Shown here in pieces: positions 1 through 12,709 of a DNA stretch of 64,000 nt. The position numbers and the translations under genes were made by a program. Position 1 is the first letter of the stretch. Each line of letters starts with the position of its first letter. Source of the stretch: Octopus sinensis (Eukaryota); the NCBI RefSeq assembly GCF_006345805.1, contig NC_043008.1, forward strand, positions 48,112,001-48,176,000. Reading direction: 5' to 3'. Under the pieces are notes generated by a model. That model was given only the letters and a program-made list of their open reading frames with translations. It did not search any database and had not been told where the DNA came from.

Positions 1-776
1 GTGTGTGTGTGTATTTAGATCAGCATATGGATGTGTAGATATATGTAGACATAAAGACAAATATATGTTGCTTATTTAGTATGTGTATGTGTGCGTAGAG
101 AAGTGAAAAGTGAGGATAGTGAAGGAGAGAGAGTAGAGGGAAGAACAGGAAGGGAGGAAGAGTGAGGAAGGGAGATACGAAATAAGAGTACGAAATGTGA
201 GTACGAGATGAGAGTACACGTGCCTGTCTCCCCCATCAAGTTGATCACCACCTCCACCCATTTCCATTTCTTATTCACTCCACACACACACACACACACA
301 CACACTCTTAATTTATCTCACTCTCTCCCTGAATGCCACCAATTTTTTTTTTCCAATCCTTCCTCCCCAAAAACACAACCTACCCACTACCAACCATCCA
401 CACTCACCCTCATACATCAACTCTATTGGTGTGTTTTGACGGTTTAGAAAACATAAGATTTGCTGAGGTTTGAAAATCTACAACGAATCATTTGAAAACT
501 GGCAAAGTTCGCCTTTGTAATTGCCTCAAATTGTCGACATTGTAGACGGGACAAATGTGGAAAGGGGATGCATATAATGCTGTGCAATTAAGAACTTTAC
601 TTCGTGACCACATAGATCTAAGTTCAAGCTCACTCTGCAGAAATTTGGCATGTCTCTTCCTTCATAATTTCCAGTTGACCAAGACCTTGTCTCTGAAATT
701 TGCTTGACGGAAACTATGCTGAAACTTCCCAAGGTGAAACATACGTATGTGTGTGTGTTTGTGTGTGTGTGTGTAT

Positions 777-820
<44 letters not shown>

Positions 821-2289
821 TGTGTGTGTGTGTGTGTCCGTCCTGGAGCGCGCACACAAAGACACACACACAAACGGAGGGGATAATAAAGATGTTTCAG
901 ACTATAAGACCCAAGTCTTTCTTGGTGGAATTGTTACATTTGTAGGAACCGTATGTATTGATACACGACCACCACCATCATTACCATCATCATAATCATC
1001 ATCATCATCGCATCTTGTGTGAAAATCTCTCTCTATTCTAAAATTATTGAGCAACGAGAATGTTGTTGCTGTTGTTATTCCACGTCAGACCACTCTTGGT
1101 GAAGTAGACCTAATGCCGACAGTGACCATCCTTGGGGGTTATAAAACTACATCAGCTAATGTAATCATTTTCGCTGTATTACCCTGCTACTTCTAGCGGG
1201 TCGAGCTTCCACGTGAATGTTCCCTGGTCGGCTTTCAATTAACCAAAAGATTGCGCTTGGAATATTTTATATCCGTTGAGGGAATATCAACGGATAAAAG
1301 GCTGATATGAAACATATTCGATATAAATCTCTCAATAATTGGAATGGATCTTAATCCTCATGTGGATTATTGACCATTTACGAAGATCCAACAATGTCAC
1401 TGCTACAACTTTATCAAACGTCAGCTTGATACGAAAAACCTGTTTCTAAGGTTCCTTAATAATTCTTTTTCTGCTTAGATATTCTTATTTTTACAGATTA
1501 CCTGAACAAAAGATTAAATTCATTTCAGAGAAAAAATGGAGACAGTTTTAATAAGCATAATATGTTGGTGTATGTACTATAGCCATCTATATTTTTAATA
1601 AGCTCGAAATTATTTTGCTTCTAAAGCCATTTCATGTGACGAAGCAGTTCATGTAACTAACAAGAAATTTTCTATTTGGAATATCAATTCTCTCAATTAT
1701 CACGCTGTCATGCATCTCTTACGATGCTTTCACAGAATTATTAATCTCGTACAGCATAAAACGTGCCTTTCAAAGTTTTGTTCACCGCCTCTGCACTTTC
1801 TCCTCACTTCTTCCATGTTCTTAATAAGCTTCCAAACAGTCACATCTGCAACATCTTTCAAACAGCCAATCAAATTCGTTGCCTTTAACTAGAGAATAAT
1901 ATACGCGTCCTCCTTTTGATTTATTGCAGAAGCTGATATACGTTGCATAAAATGAATCAGGTGGAATTGGTGAGGATCCAGTGTTTTACTGAGTCGAATC
2001 CAATGTAATTGGCATTGAGGAATATCGCTATTTAAATTTGGATTTCATAGTTCTAAGGAAACATTTCAAAAGAATTTTCGTAGCTATGGAATGAATTCTT
2101 AATTACAGATCCTTCTCCTTACAAATGACTCCGTATCAAGAGAACATTCGATAAAGTTTTAGAAATACATGTATGGTGAATCCAAGAAGTTTTGGAGGAC
2201 AATTTTATTCAGTGAGTATGGTAATATTCGTTGGGTGTATGTATGTGTGAGAGAGAAAGAGAGATAAATAGCATAGATAGGTGTGTGTA

Positions 2290-2330
<41 letters not shown>

Positions 2331-4433
2331 TGTGTGTGTGTGTAAATGTGTGTGTGTGTGAAATATCTTTTTGTAGAACCCAGGAAGATTATTTATCGCT
2401 ATCGTATATATCTCCGAATATGAGAGACATTGTCATTGTCCCTCGTATTCAAGTCGGATGAATAACGCGTAAAAGCAGTGAATATGAAAGGTTTAAAGTG
2501 CGGAGTAAATTCGTGTTGAGGAAGAATAGAGGAAGAAATCATAGGAATGGTGAAGGGTTGGGTGAGAGAGGGTCTGCTGTGTTTGTGAGGAGATGCCAAA
2601 TAGACGCGAAGAAATGTGCTTTGGTAGACTGAGACAAAAATAGATGACTTTAGAAGAATCTAGTCAAGAATAATTGTAGAAAAATAATTCTGAGTTCGCG
2701 TGTGAGAGAGAGGGGGGAGAGACAGACAGACAGACAGATGGACGAACAAAGAGACAGACAAACGGACAGATAGAGGGATGAACAGAGAGACAGACAAACA
2801 GACAGATGGAGGGACGAACAGAGAGACAGACATGAGACTGAATCAGAAAGAGAGTAGATTAAGAAATGTATATACGTGTATTTGTGTGAATATGAGTGTA
2901 TTTGAGGAGAGAGAGAGGGGGGATAGGGGGAGAGAGAGAGGGAGAGGGGAGAGAGAGAGAGGGGGAGTATGTGTATGTGTATGAAATCTATATACACATC
3001 TATGTATGAATATACGTTCGTTTGCCTGTATGTAAGTGTGTGAATGTATGTGTATTTGTGAGTCTGTGTATGAGAGAAAGAGAGTATATTTACGAATGTG
3101 TGTTAGTGTGTGTATGTGTGTGCGTGCGTGTATGTGTGTGTATTTATACTTGTTTTTAATGTGTTTGGCCCAATGTCGTTGGTTGTCACAAATCTATTTT
3201 GTATTAAAAAGCATGACTTAGCGGTTTTCCCATCACATTCAATAAAATAACCACTGAACCGAAATAATTACAAGGATCAATTTGATCGATTAAAATTCCT
3301 GAAATCAGTACCTAAAATGGCCGCAGTTATTGACCAAAACCAGAAAATTAATAAATAATCACATTATAGATTGCATGTTATCCTGAAATGTACAGTTGTT
3401 GGTGGGAAAGATACAATTATTTCACTTCAAATTAGTGACAATTTCGTTTTAGCATTTCTAAACTTTAACACATCCGAAGTTCCCTTTGGCACTGTTAAGC
3501 CGTTGACTACCTCCACGGTACTTTGCACTGACATTAGCAGAACAATAACCTCTTGTACACACACACATACATATATACATATATTGTATACTGCTTTACG
3601 TTCATCGTATACCATATTTATATGCTCACACACACTTTCACACACGTTACGTAATTAAATTATGTCATATTATAATTCACACACAATATTTCTAATAATT
3701 ATTATTCGCTCGTGGTGTATCCAGAAGAGCAGGACGGAATTCTCATCAAATATAGATTGCGATGAGGGTTTCGATTCCGAGCTGATACCAATTCACTTCC
3801 GACGGACCTTTGCACAGATGTCGTTAAGAAAGGTGTAAACATCACAACAATACACGCATCTTACTCCCAGAAGTATATTGTTTTTATATCTAGACGGTGC
3901 GGTGCCCCAGCATGGCCACAATCATAAGGCTGAAACATCTAAAAGAGTAAAAGAGATATATAATATAACAGACATAGAATATAATAGACATACAATATAT
4001 AATATACAAGGCATATGATGAATATATCAGAAGTTATATGGAGAGCTTTTGATGGAACGGCAAACTATTGGACGCTCGGAATTATGATCTGGAGATCAAT
4101 TAAATCTAGATGGCGCTGCATTTGATTTGTGACATAGAAAGCCATGACGTCATACCGTTCTCTTCCTTTCTTCCTAATATACAATAAAACCGTTTTAATA
4201 CATAAAACCGCTGTAGCAAGTGAAAATGGAATCCAGTAATTAATGTCCCTCCCTTTAAAATGAAGGTCCTTCATGGGGCGGGGTGCGTGTGTGAGTATAA
4301 GGTTTTGATTATTTTACGACATAAATACTTTCATTCAACACAACACGAGACCAATTCCTTTGAACTTGGCGAAAATATAAACTCAGTTCCATCGATATTT
4401 GTATTTTAATTTTATTATCATTATTATTATTAA

Positions 4434-4527
<94 letters not shown>

Positions 4528-4599
4528 GTTGTTGTTGTTGTTGTTGTGAGTATTATTATTTTTATTTTTATCATTATTATTATTACAATATGAAAATAA

Positions 4600-4809
4600 G
4601 GCGGTGAGTGGCAGAATCGTAGACACGCTGGGCGAAATGCTTAGCAGTATTTTGTCTGCCGCTACGTTCTGAGTTCAAATTCCGCCGAGGTCGACTTTGC
4701 TTTTCATCTTTTCGGATATCGATAATTTAAGTACCAATTGAGTACTGGGTTCGATGTAATCTATTATCCCCTACCCCAAATTTCAAGCCTTGTACCTATA
4801 GTAGAAAGA

Positions 4810-4810
<1 letters not shown>
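4600..4810 (+). mobile_element. tRNA-derived SINE, family A
   Basis: GGCGGTGAGTGGCAGAATCG head; B-box-like GAGTTCAAATTCC; shared body GCCGAGGTCGACTTTGC..TTTCATC..GATAA..AAGTACCA seen in more than 10 copies in the window; followed by (ATT)n. Confidence 0.85.
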
Positions 4811-4884
<74 letters not shown>

Positions 4885-5225
4885 TATGGTTTCCTGTCAT
4901 TATAATTTAATTTCAGCTGCCTTAGTACCGGGTATCTTCCGGAGGCCAAGAGTAGTAAGGGCACTTTTGTCTTGCTATGCATGCTAAAATTATCACCACA
5001 TTTTTTTCATTTTAGATGAAGGGTGCTTTCCGTAGTATATGAGCTGTACGCATCAAGGTTATCTTTTGTAGTTCACGGAGATTGGAGTTAGCAGGGAGTT
5101 GCTTAATATATTTCTCAGCTGGTCCTTACATCCACATAAACTCATTTTACATCCCTTTTGATCCACTGAGAATAACTTCCTATTGTCCAAGAATTCATAT
5201 GTTCTACTCGCTATTATAGATGTTA
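4885..5225 (-). mobile_element. 3' fragment of R4/Dong-like non-LTR retrotransposon
   Basis: Minus strand reads EKYIKQLPANSNLRELQKITLM..TAHILRKA (frameshifted), matching the C-terminus at 23918-24295 (HLQKTALLGTARIFR); embedded in (TAA)n. Confidence 0.65.
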
Positions 5226-5268
5226 ACATCGACAAAAATAATAATTATTATTATTATTATTATTATTA

Positions 5269-5318
<50 letters not shown>

Positions 5319-5518
5319 GAGAGAGCAGTGCATGCCATCAACGTGACACTGGGGTAAAATATACAAAGCCCAGTATACCCATCATGACTACCCGTCTGAT
5401 TAGGGTACACCAGGCACATGCATCATAACATATGTGTGCGACATTGTGATTCATGATTCATATATTATTATTATATTATTATTATTATTATTTTATTATT
5501 ATTATTATATTATTATTA

Positions 5519-5559
<41 letters not shown>

Positions 5560-5706
5560 TTATTATTATTGAGAGAGCAGTGCATGCCATCAACGTGACA
5601 CTGGGGTAAAATATACAAAGCCCAGTATACCCATCATGACTACCCGTCTGATTAGGGTACACCAGGCACATGCATCATAACATATGTGTGCGACATTGTG
5701 ATTCAT
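5319..5706. repeat. Two tandem ~135 bp copies (5319-5455, 5571-5706) of interspersed repeat family D, separated by (ATT)n
   Basis: The two copies GAGAGAGCAGTGCATGCCATC...GACATTGTGATTCAT appear identical; the same sequence starts the longer copy at 15601. Confidence 0.85.
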
Positions 5707-5719
5707 ATTATTATTATTA

Positions 5720-5830
<111 letters not shown>

Positions 5831-6856
5831 TATTCTATGTTTGACTTTTGCTTCGTATTTGTACAAGTTGACTCCAAGTCTCACCTCAAGAGACAACAGG
5901 TTGGAAGTTCATCTTGGTGTTATACCTAGGCTGTCATATATTTGGTTTTGCACAAAGTATTGTTCTAGAGTATGCTTAAGAAAACAAGAAAATTGTAAGT
6001 TTGTTTTCAAATTTTAGATTATAATTATTATTATTATTAGTATTAGTGTTGTTGTTGTTGTTGTTGTTGTTGTTAGCCTTGCCAAGCCGTTGAGCTATCA
6101 AAATCATTAGTGCGTCCGACAAATTGTTTAGTGGCATTGCTTTCGGTTCTTGAACTTCTGAGCTCAAATACCTCCGAGGTCAATTCCACATTTCCTCCTT
6201 TCAGCAACAATAAACTGCTCCAGATCGATGACTGCCGGAAATTCTATTGGGCATTTTGCCTGTCTTTCCGTTCGATGTTCGAATTGCACCGATGTCGACT
6301 TTGTCGTTCATCTTTTTTGTGGTGGGGGGGGCAACGAAATAGGTACACCCTCCCCCGAAATTGCTGACCTTGGTCCAAAATTTTAAACCAATATGATTTT
6401 TGTTGTTGTTATTGTTGTTGGTCGTGTTATTGCTAAGACTGAAATTCAGATTGTTCTTGTTGTTATTACAGTCCTGACGTCGTCGTTGTTGTTGTTATTG
6501 TTGTGGGTCTCACAGCAACCGAATGGTGTAAGATACCATTATACCACATAGTTCAATACTCATTACCGTTTCTGACAGCATAGCAGCGCCCTCTTGCCAC
6601 AGACTCTTTAAATAAACACCGACATAAACGTGACCTATTGCTCCATCTCAAGTCTTCTCTTCTCTTTCATTTCATTTATTTTTATTTATTTTCAATTTCC
6701 ATTTCTACAAATATTACTGGAAACATCGAGAAATAAGTCGACCCTTTTTATTGATTTACCAATATACGTCTTATTGACATTTCTGATTTTTAAAATATTT
6801 CCTTTCAGACCAAAAACAAATCGCTTTTATTGTTATTGTTGTTAGCATTAATATTA

Positions 6857-6917
<61 letters not shown>

Positions 6918-7254
6918 AACTTAGAGTAATTATAAATGTACGTTTATTTACATTGCTATTGTTGTAGAAGTAGTTATTGTTTTATTGTAATTATTGTTGT
7001 TGTTATCGCTTTTGTTGTTGTTGTTGTGATTGATTCTTGTGTAAGTATTTTCATTTGTTTGATTATGTGTTCTCCAGAAATCAATATTTTCTTAATGAAA
7101 AATTCTTGCTTTTCAAAGATTTTATTCAATAAACAAACACAACTCGACTGTTAACTCTCAGAACAGATTCTAATCGACACATATTGATCATTTACAATAA
7201 ATACACAGTGAGATTTCAAGGCCTGTATGCACATATATAATATACCTACCTACG

Positions 7255-7415
7255 TGGGTGCCGGCTTGGCTCTGTGGTAAGAAGCTTGCTTCCCAATCAC
7301 GTGGTTCCGGCTTCAATCCTACTGCATGGCAACTTGGGCAAGTCTTCTACTATAGCCTCGGGCCTAAAAAGGTCCTTGTGAGTTGATTTGGTTGACTGAA
7401 ACTGAAAGAAGCCTC
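7255..7415 (+). mobile_element. tRNA-derived SINE, family B (5' half)
   Basis: GGCTCTGTGGTAAGAAGCTTGCTTCCCAA..GGTTCCGGCTTCAATCC..GGGCAAGTCTTCTACTATAGCCTCGGGCC; matches the copies at 8574 and 26153. Confidence 0.8.
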
Positions 7416-7447
7416 TCATTTACATTATATATATATATATATATATA

Positions 7448-7487
<40 letters not shown>

Positions 7488-8027
7488 ATATATATATATA
7501 TATATGTATATACATATTTATATATGTGTATATATATATACATATATACATATGTATATATATTTTATTTTTAGATATAAATGATGTACTCAAGTGTAGT
7601 TATGTTTTTAGCTTGTGCTTTTTCCATGATCATACGTGAGTATTTTATTTATATCCCATCGAAAGCTCTACTGAAGAAAGAATATATCTTTTTTATAAGA
7701 TTAATTCCGAAATTGATTCAAAATAGAGATAACGAAATTTAAATTTTCTAAAGGTTAGTTGCCCGTTTTCAGTTTCAATTCTCCTGTAGCAAGCGGATTA
7801 TAAGTGGATAGATCAGTGTATTGGCTTTAGAATAACCCTCTTTAGCCCTTAATTATATGATGTTTATACTTCAACCGTAACGGTTTTTTTAAATATACTG
7901 CCCACGCTTCCTGATGGATTCCTTTTCTGTAGAGAAAGGGACTTCATCCTATATTGCTAGTATATACATATGTATACATATACATATATATACATATACA
8001 ATGACCTCGAACCTACATATATATATC

Positions 8028-8091
<64 letters not shown>

Positions 8092-8097
<6 letters not shown>

Positions 8098-8557
8098 CTC
8101 CAAACATGAACAAAGAGAAAACAGAACAACGCGAGGGCGTGGAACAAGTATGGTGTTATTGGACGCTCAGGAAAGGAAAGAAAGAAGGAGGATTTAACGT
8201 TTCGTCAGAAATATAAGAAAAAGGAAAGGTCCAAGGAAGGGAAGGCAGAGAAAGAAAATCGCCAACGATACATACGCGGTCACATACTGAAATGCTGTAT
8301 ATACACATATATACATATACAACCACCTCGAGCCCACAAGAGTAAACAAGAGAGACAGAGACAAGCAGAAACAAGGAAAGTTCCACTTGTATTTGAACAC
8401 TATACAAATATTCTTTTAAAAAAACTTCTCTTCTAATTTTTCCAAATTTAAATGTTTTCCATACTTACAGTTGAAAAAGTCTTAATGATTGAAACCGGTA
8501 CAGAAATGTCTTTTATAAAATTATTTTAGCATTTCCTATCTTGACTTTTCTTTCCAT
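8092..8557. mobile_element. Penelope-like remnants with degenerate hammerhead motifs (second copy 9494-9958)
   Basis: Minus strand TTTCTGACGA/AACGTTAAAT at ~8193-8211 (stem II deleted relative to the related 61.7 kb copy); plus strand TTGAAAAAGTC-TTAAT-GATT-GAAACCGGTA at 8471-8500; (TA)n flanks. Confidence 0.55.
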
Positions 8558-8573
8558 ATATATGTGCATATAT

Positions 8574-8962
8574 GGAGTGGCTGTGTGGTAAGTAGCTTGT
8601 TTACCAACCATATGGTTCCGGGTTCGGTCCCACTGCGTGAACCTTGGGCAAGTGTCTTCTGCTATAGCCTCGGGTAGACCAAAGCCTTGTGAGTGGATTT
8701 GGTAGACGGAAACTGAAAGAAGCCGTCGTATATATGTATATATATGTGTGCGTGTATTTTTGTGTTTGTCCCCCTAGCATTGCTTGACAACCGATGCTGG
8801 TGTGCTTATGTCTCCGTCACTTAGCGGTTCGGCAAAAGTCACCGATATAATAAGTACTGGGCTTATAAAGAATAAATCCCGGGGTCGAGTTGCTCGATTA
8901 AAGGCGGTGCTCCAGCATGGCCGCAGTCAAATGACTGAAACAAGTAAAAAGTAAAAGAGTAA
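8574..8962 (+). mobile_element. tRNA-derived SINE, family B, near full length
   Basis: A-box-like GTGGCTGTGTGG; B-box-like GGGTTCGGTCCC; internal TA/GT tract; tail GGCGGTGCTCCAGCATGGCCGCAGTCAAATGACTGAAACAAGTAAAA. Confidence 0.9.
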
Positions 8963-8975
8963 TATATATATACAG

Positions 8976-9033
<58 letters not shown>

Positions 9034-9040
9034 AAATATA

Positions 9041-9411
9041 TCTCTCTATATATAAACGGCAGTTTGTCTGTGCGTGTTTCTGTGTGTCTGTTTGCTTGTA
9101 CCCTCACCCTGACCACGGCTTTCAACCGATTCTGATGAAACTTGACACACACATAGCCCAACGTCATAATTCAAAACTAACGCAGCCAAAATTTTGAAAA
9201 GTTCCGCCAGTTCTGAAAAAAATCGATAAATTCGACATGGGGTCGAGAATCAGAAACACGAACCACAAACTGTCTAGGGGACGCAACTCCATCCTTTTTA
9301 ACTCTCAAAAAAAAATTACCATATATTTTTCCATTTTTTGGCTATAACTCTCTAAAAATGCTTTATAGTTATTTCCCTTACAAACCTGAGCAACGCCGGG
9401 CGATACTGCTA

Positions 9412-9412
<1 letters not shown>
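9041..9412 (+). mobile_element. Non-autonomous Helitron-like element (372 bp)
   Basis: Starts A|TC (TCTCTCTATATATAAACGG), ends CTAG|T; subterminal GC-rich imperfect hairpin CCTGAGCAACGCCGGG about 10 nt before the end. Confidence 0.75.
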
Positions 9413-9498
<86 letters not shown>

Positions 9499-9973
9499 CT
9501 CCAAACATGAACAAAGAGAAAACAGAACAACGCGAGGGCGTGGAACAAGTATGGTGTTATTGGACGCTCAGGAAAGGAAAGAAAGAAGGAGGATTTAACG
9601 TTTCGTCAGAAATATAAGAAAAAGGAAAGGTCCAAGGAAGGGAAGGCAGAGAAAGAAAATCGCCAACGATACATACGCGGTCACATACTGAAATGCTGTA
9701 TATACACATATATACATATACAACCACCTCGAGCCCACAAGAGTAAACAAGAGAGACAGAGACAAGCAGAAACAAGGAAAGTTCCACTTGTATTTGAACA
9801 CTATACAAATATTCTTTTAAAAAAACTTCTCTTCTAATTTTTCCAAATTTAAATGTTTTCCATACTTACAGTTGAAAAAGTCTTAATGATTGAAACCGGT
9901 ACAGAAATGTCTTTTATAAAATTATTTTAGCATTTCCTATCTTGACTTTTCTTTCCATATATATGTGCATATA

Positions 9974-10364
9974 TGGAGTGGCTGTGTGGTAAGTAGCTTG
10001 TTTACCAACCATATGGTTCCGGGTTCGGTCCCACTGCGTGGAACCTTGGGCAAGTGTCTTCTGCTATAGCCTCGGGTAGACCAAAGCCTTGTGAGTGGAT
10101 TTGGTAGACGGAAACTGAAAGAAGCCCGTCGTATATATGTATATATATGTGTGCGTGTATTTTTGTGTTTGTCCCCCTAGCATTGCTTGACAACCGATGC
10201 TGGTGTGCTTATGTCTCCGTCACTTAGCGGTTCGGCAAAAGTCACCGATATAATAAGTACTGGGCTTATAAAGAATAAATCCCGGGGTCGAGTTGCTCGA
10301 TTAAAGGCGGTGCTCCAGCATGGCCGCAGTCAAATGACTGAAACAAGTAAAAAGTAAAAGAGTA
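9974..10364 (+). mobile_element. tRNA-derived SINE, family B (duplicate of 8574-8962)
   Basis: Part of the 1.4 kb duplication. Confidence 0.9.
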
Positions 10365-10380
10365 ATATATATATATACAG

Positions 10381-10430
<50 letters not shown>

Positions 10431-10437
10431 AAATATA

Positions 10438-10809
10438 TCTCTCTATATATAAACGGCAGTTTGTCTGTGCGTGTTTCTGTGTGTCTGTTTGCTTGTACCC
10501 TCACCCTGACCACGGCTTTCAACCGATTCTGATGAAACTTGACACACACATAGCCCAACGTCATAATTCAAAACTAACGCAGCCAAAATTTTGAAAAGTT
10601 CCGCCAGTTCTGAAAAAAATCGATAAATTCGACATGGGGTCGAGAATCAGAAACACGAACCACAAACTGTCTAGGGGACGCAACTCCATCCTTTTTAACT
10701 CTCAAAAAAAAATTACCATATATTTTTCCATTTTTTGGCTATAACTCTCTAAAAATGCTTTATAGTTATTTCCCTTACAAACCTGAGCAACGCCGGGCGA
10801 TACTGCTAG
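10438..10809 (+). mobile_element. Non-autonomous Helitron-like element (duplicate of 9041-9412)
   Basis: Same TC start, hairpin and CTAG end. Confidence 0.75.
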
Positions 10810-10864
10810 TATATATATATATATATATATATACATATACCTAAATATATATATATTATATATA

Positions 10865-10895
<31 letters not shown>

Positions 10896-11217
10896 GTATT
10901 TACTATATATATTTATATATTTACACCACCAAAAATTCTTCAACACAGTACCCCAGCGTAGCTGCAGACGAGATGGTGAAGATGCCGACGACCGCTTTGT
11001 TCAAAGCCTCCCTTGACCTCAAGTGGCCTGAACTCTTTACATGAACACCACCCTGTACTTAACTCCATGGCCTTGCTATTTGCTTTTGAGCCAAATTAAC
11101 TAACTAACTAACTAACTAACTAATGACTGAAACAATTAAAAATAGGATAAGATAGATAGATAATTAGATAGACTTACAGACAGACAGATAGACACATAGA
11201 CAGATAGATATGCCTAG

Positions 11218-11335
11218 CTGTATTTCGCCCGTCTTTACGTTTCACGTTCAAATTCCGTTGCAGTTGACTTTGTCTTTCATCCTTTCAAGGTCGATAAATA
11301 AGTACCAGTGGTGTACTGGTGTCGATGTAATCTAC
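11218..11335 (+). mobile_element. SINE family A fragment
   Basis: TATTTCGCCCGTCTTTACGTT..GTTCAAATTCCG..GACTTTGTCTTTCATCCTTTC..GTCGATAAATAAGTACCAG. Confidence 0.75.
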
Positions 11336-11809
11336 TGAACTATTCTTTGGTACAAAACACAACTGAAATCTACATTTTGATTCTAATCATTCGTTTTTAA
11401 ACAGGATTCCTTGTATATATTTTGAGTCACTTATGTGTGTGAGTGCTTGTGTGTGTGTGTGCGTGAGTGAGTGAGTGAGTGAGTGAGTGAGTGAGTATAT
11501 GTTTGTTGTGTGTGTATATATATGTGTGAATGTGGTGTGTGAATGAGTGTTTGTATAATGCGTGCGTGTGTGTACGTGCATGTGTGCATATGTGTGTGTG
11601 CATGTGTATTTGTATGTTGTGTGTGTATGTGAATGAGAGTTTGTATAATGCGTGCGTGTGTGCGCGTATGCGTGTGTGTATGCATATGTGTGCGTGTGTC
11701 ATAAAATTTATTTCGACTGGAGTTTAAATTTTCCCCTGGCAGTTTATACTTTAAGTCGTGAGTGTAGCCACATCAGTAAAGAAATGTTCTTAAACCTGCT
11801 TCAAAATAA

Positions 11810-11983
11810 TCCTTTCTTCTAAAGGCACAAGGCTTGAAATTTGTGGCGAGGGGTTTAGTCGATTACCAGTGTTTCACTGGTACTTAATTTATCGACCCCA
11901 AAAGGATGAAAAGCAAAGTCGACCTCGGCGGAATTTGAACTCTGAACGTAGTGAGGGGTCGAAATACCGCTAAGCTCGCCGCC
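11810..11983 (-). mobile_element. SINE family A
   Basis: Reverse complement of the family A body (AAAGTCGACCTCGGCGGAATTTGAACTC...GCTCGCCGCC). Confidence 0.85.
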
Positions 11984-12029
11984 TCGCTTCAGAATAGCGA
12001 TCGTATTTTAACGGTGCGTGTATATTTCA

Positions 12030-12420
12030 TCTTTTTCTTGCTTCTATCGTTACTCTGCAGCCATGTTGGAGGAATTTTAATCGAACAATTCGACTCCAGT
12101 ACTTATTATCTTTCAGCCTGGTATTTGTTCGATCCATTTCTTTTGCCGAACCGCTAAGTACGAGGACGTAATCACACCAACACCGATAGTCAAGCGGTTT
12201 TGGGGGACAAACAGATACACGGTCACTGATCATATATGTGTGTGTGTGTGTGTGTGTGCGTGCGTGCTGTGTGTGTGTGTACGACAGGCTTCTTTCAGTT
12301 TCCATCTACACACCAACGCCGGTTGTCAAGGACAAACACAGACACAGCGCATATATGAACGCATATATATATAGGACGGGTCTCTTTATGTTTCTGTGTA
12401 CCAAATCCACTCGAAGCCAA
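12030..12420 (-). mobile_element. SINE family B, rearranged/partly duplicated
   Basis: TTTTGCCGAACCGCTAAG, GGCTTCTTTCAGTTTCC and ACCAAATCCACTC are reverse complements of family B segments. Confidence 0.75.
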
Positions 12421-12449
12421 CTTCTCACCACACAGCCTCGCCTGCGCCT

Positions 12450-12670
12450 TCTGGGAAGAAGATCAGAGGAGGCGATATCCTGCTAAATGTGATTACCTCC
12501 CTTCACAAAGGCTGCAGTTTATTTCATGCGAAGAATTGCCTGAATCATTCCGAGTCATTAATGGCAGCTGGCAAGGCTGTGTCTTGGCTCCCATATTGTT
12601 TTACTGTTGATTACCCGTTCATGTTTGACGATGCCTTAAGTAACTTTGACCTTAAGGTCAAACTTCCTCC
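12450..12670 (+). mobile_element. RTE-clade LINE reverse transcriptase fragment
   Basis: Plus strand translates EELPESFRVINGSWQGCVLAPILF, matching the RTE RT motif (F.V.NGV.QGCVLAP.LF); flanks are frameshifted. Confidence 0.75.
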
Positions 12671-12709
12671 TCCAATTTATCGATGTTTCCCCATCGACGG
12701 AGTTTAAGC

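Larger units (their letters stand above)
8092..10809. repeat. Tandem duplication of a ~1.4 kb unit (8092-9412 and 9494-10809)
   Basis: Both copies run from AGTTACTCCAAACATGAAC to CGATACTGCTAG; duplicated ORF translations at an offset of ~1401; breakpoints lie in (TA)n. Confidence 0.95.

Noticed and set aside
2109-2211. Possible exon (TTACAG...GTGAGT)
   Set aside because: Stop codons in all three frames and no partner exons.
6583-6600. CTCF-like site CAGCGCCCTCTTGCC
   Set aside because: Only a partial match to the motif; plausible by chance in 64 kb.
7661-7730. Functional hammerhead (CTGAAGA..GAAA)
   Set aside because: Stem I is out of register by about 5 nt and stem III is weak; counted only as a degenerate remnant.
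8574-8640. tRNA gene
   Set aside because: The A/B-box head continues into a multi-copy SINE body; no complete cloverleaf is evident.
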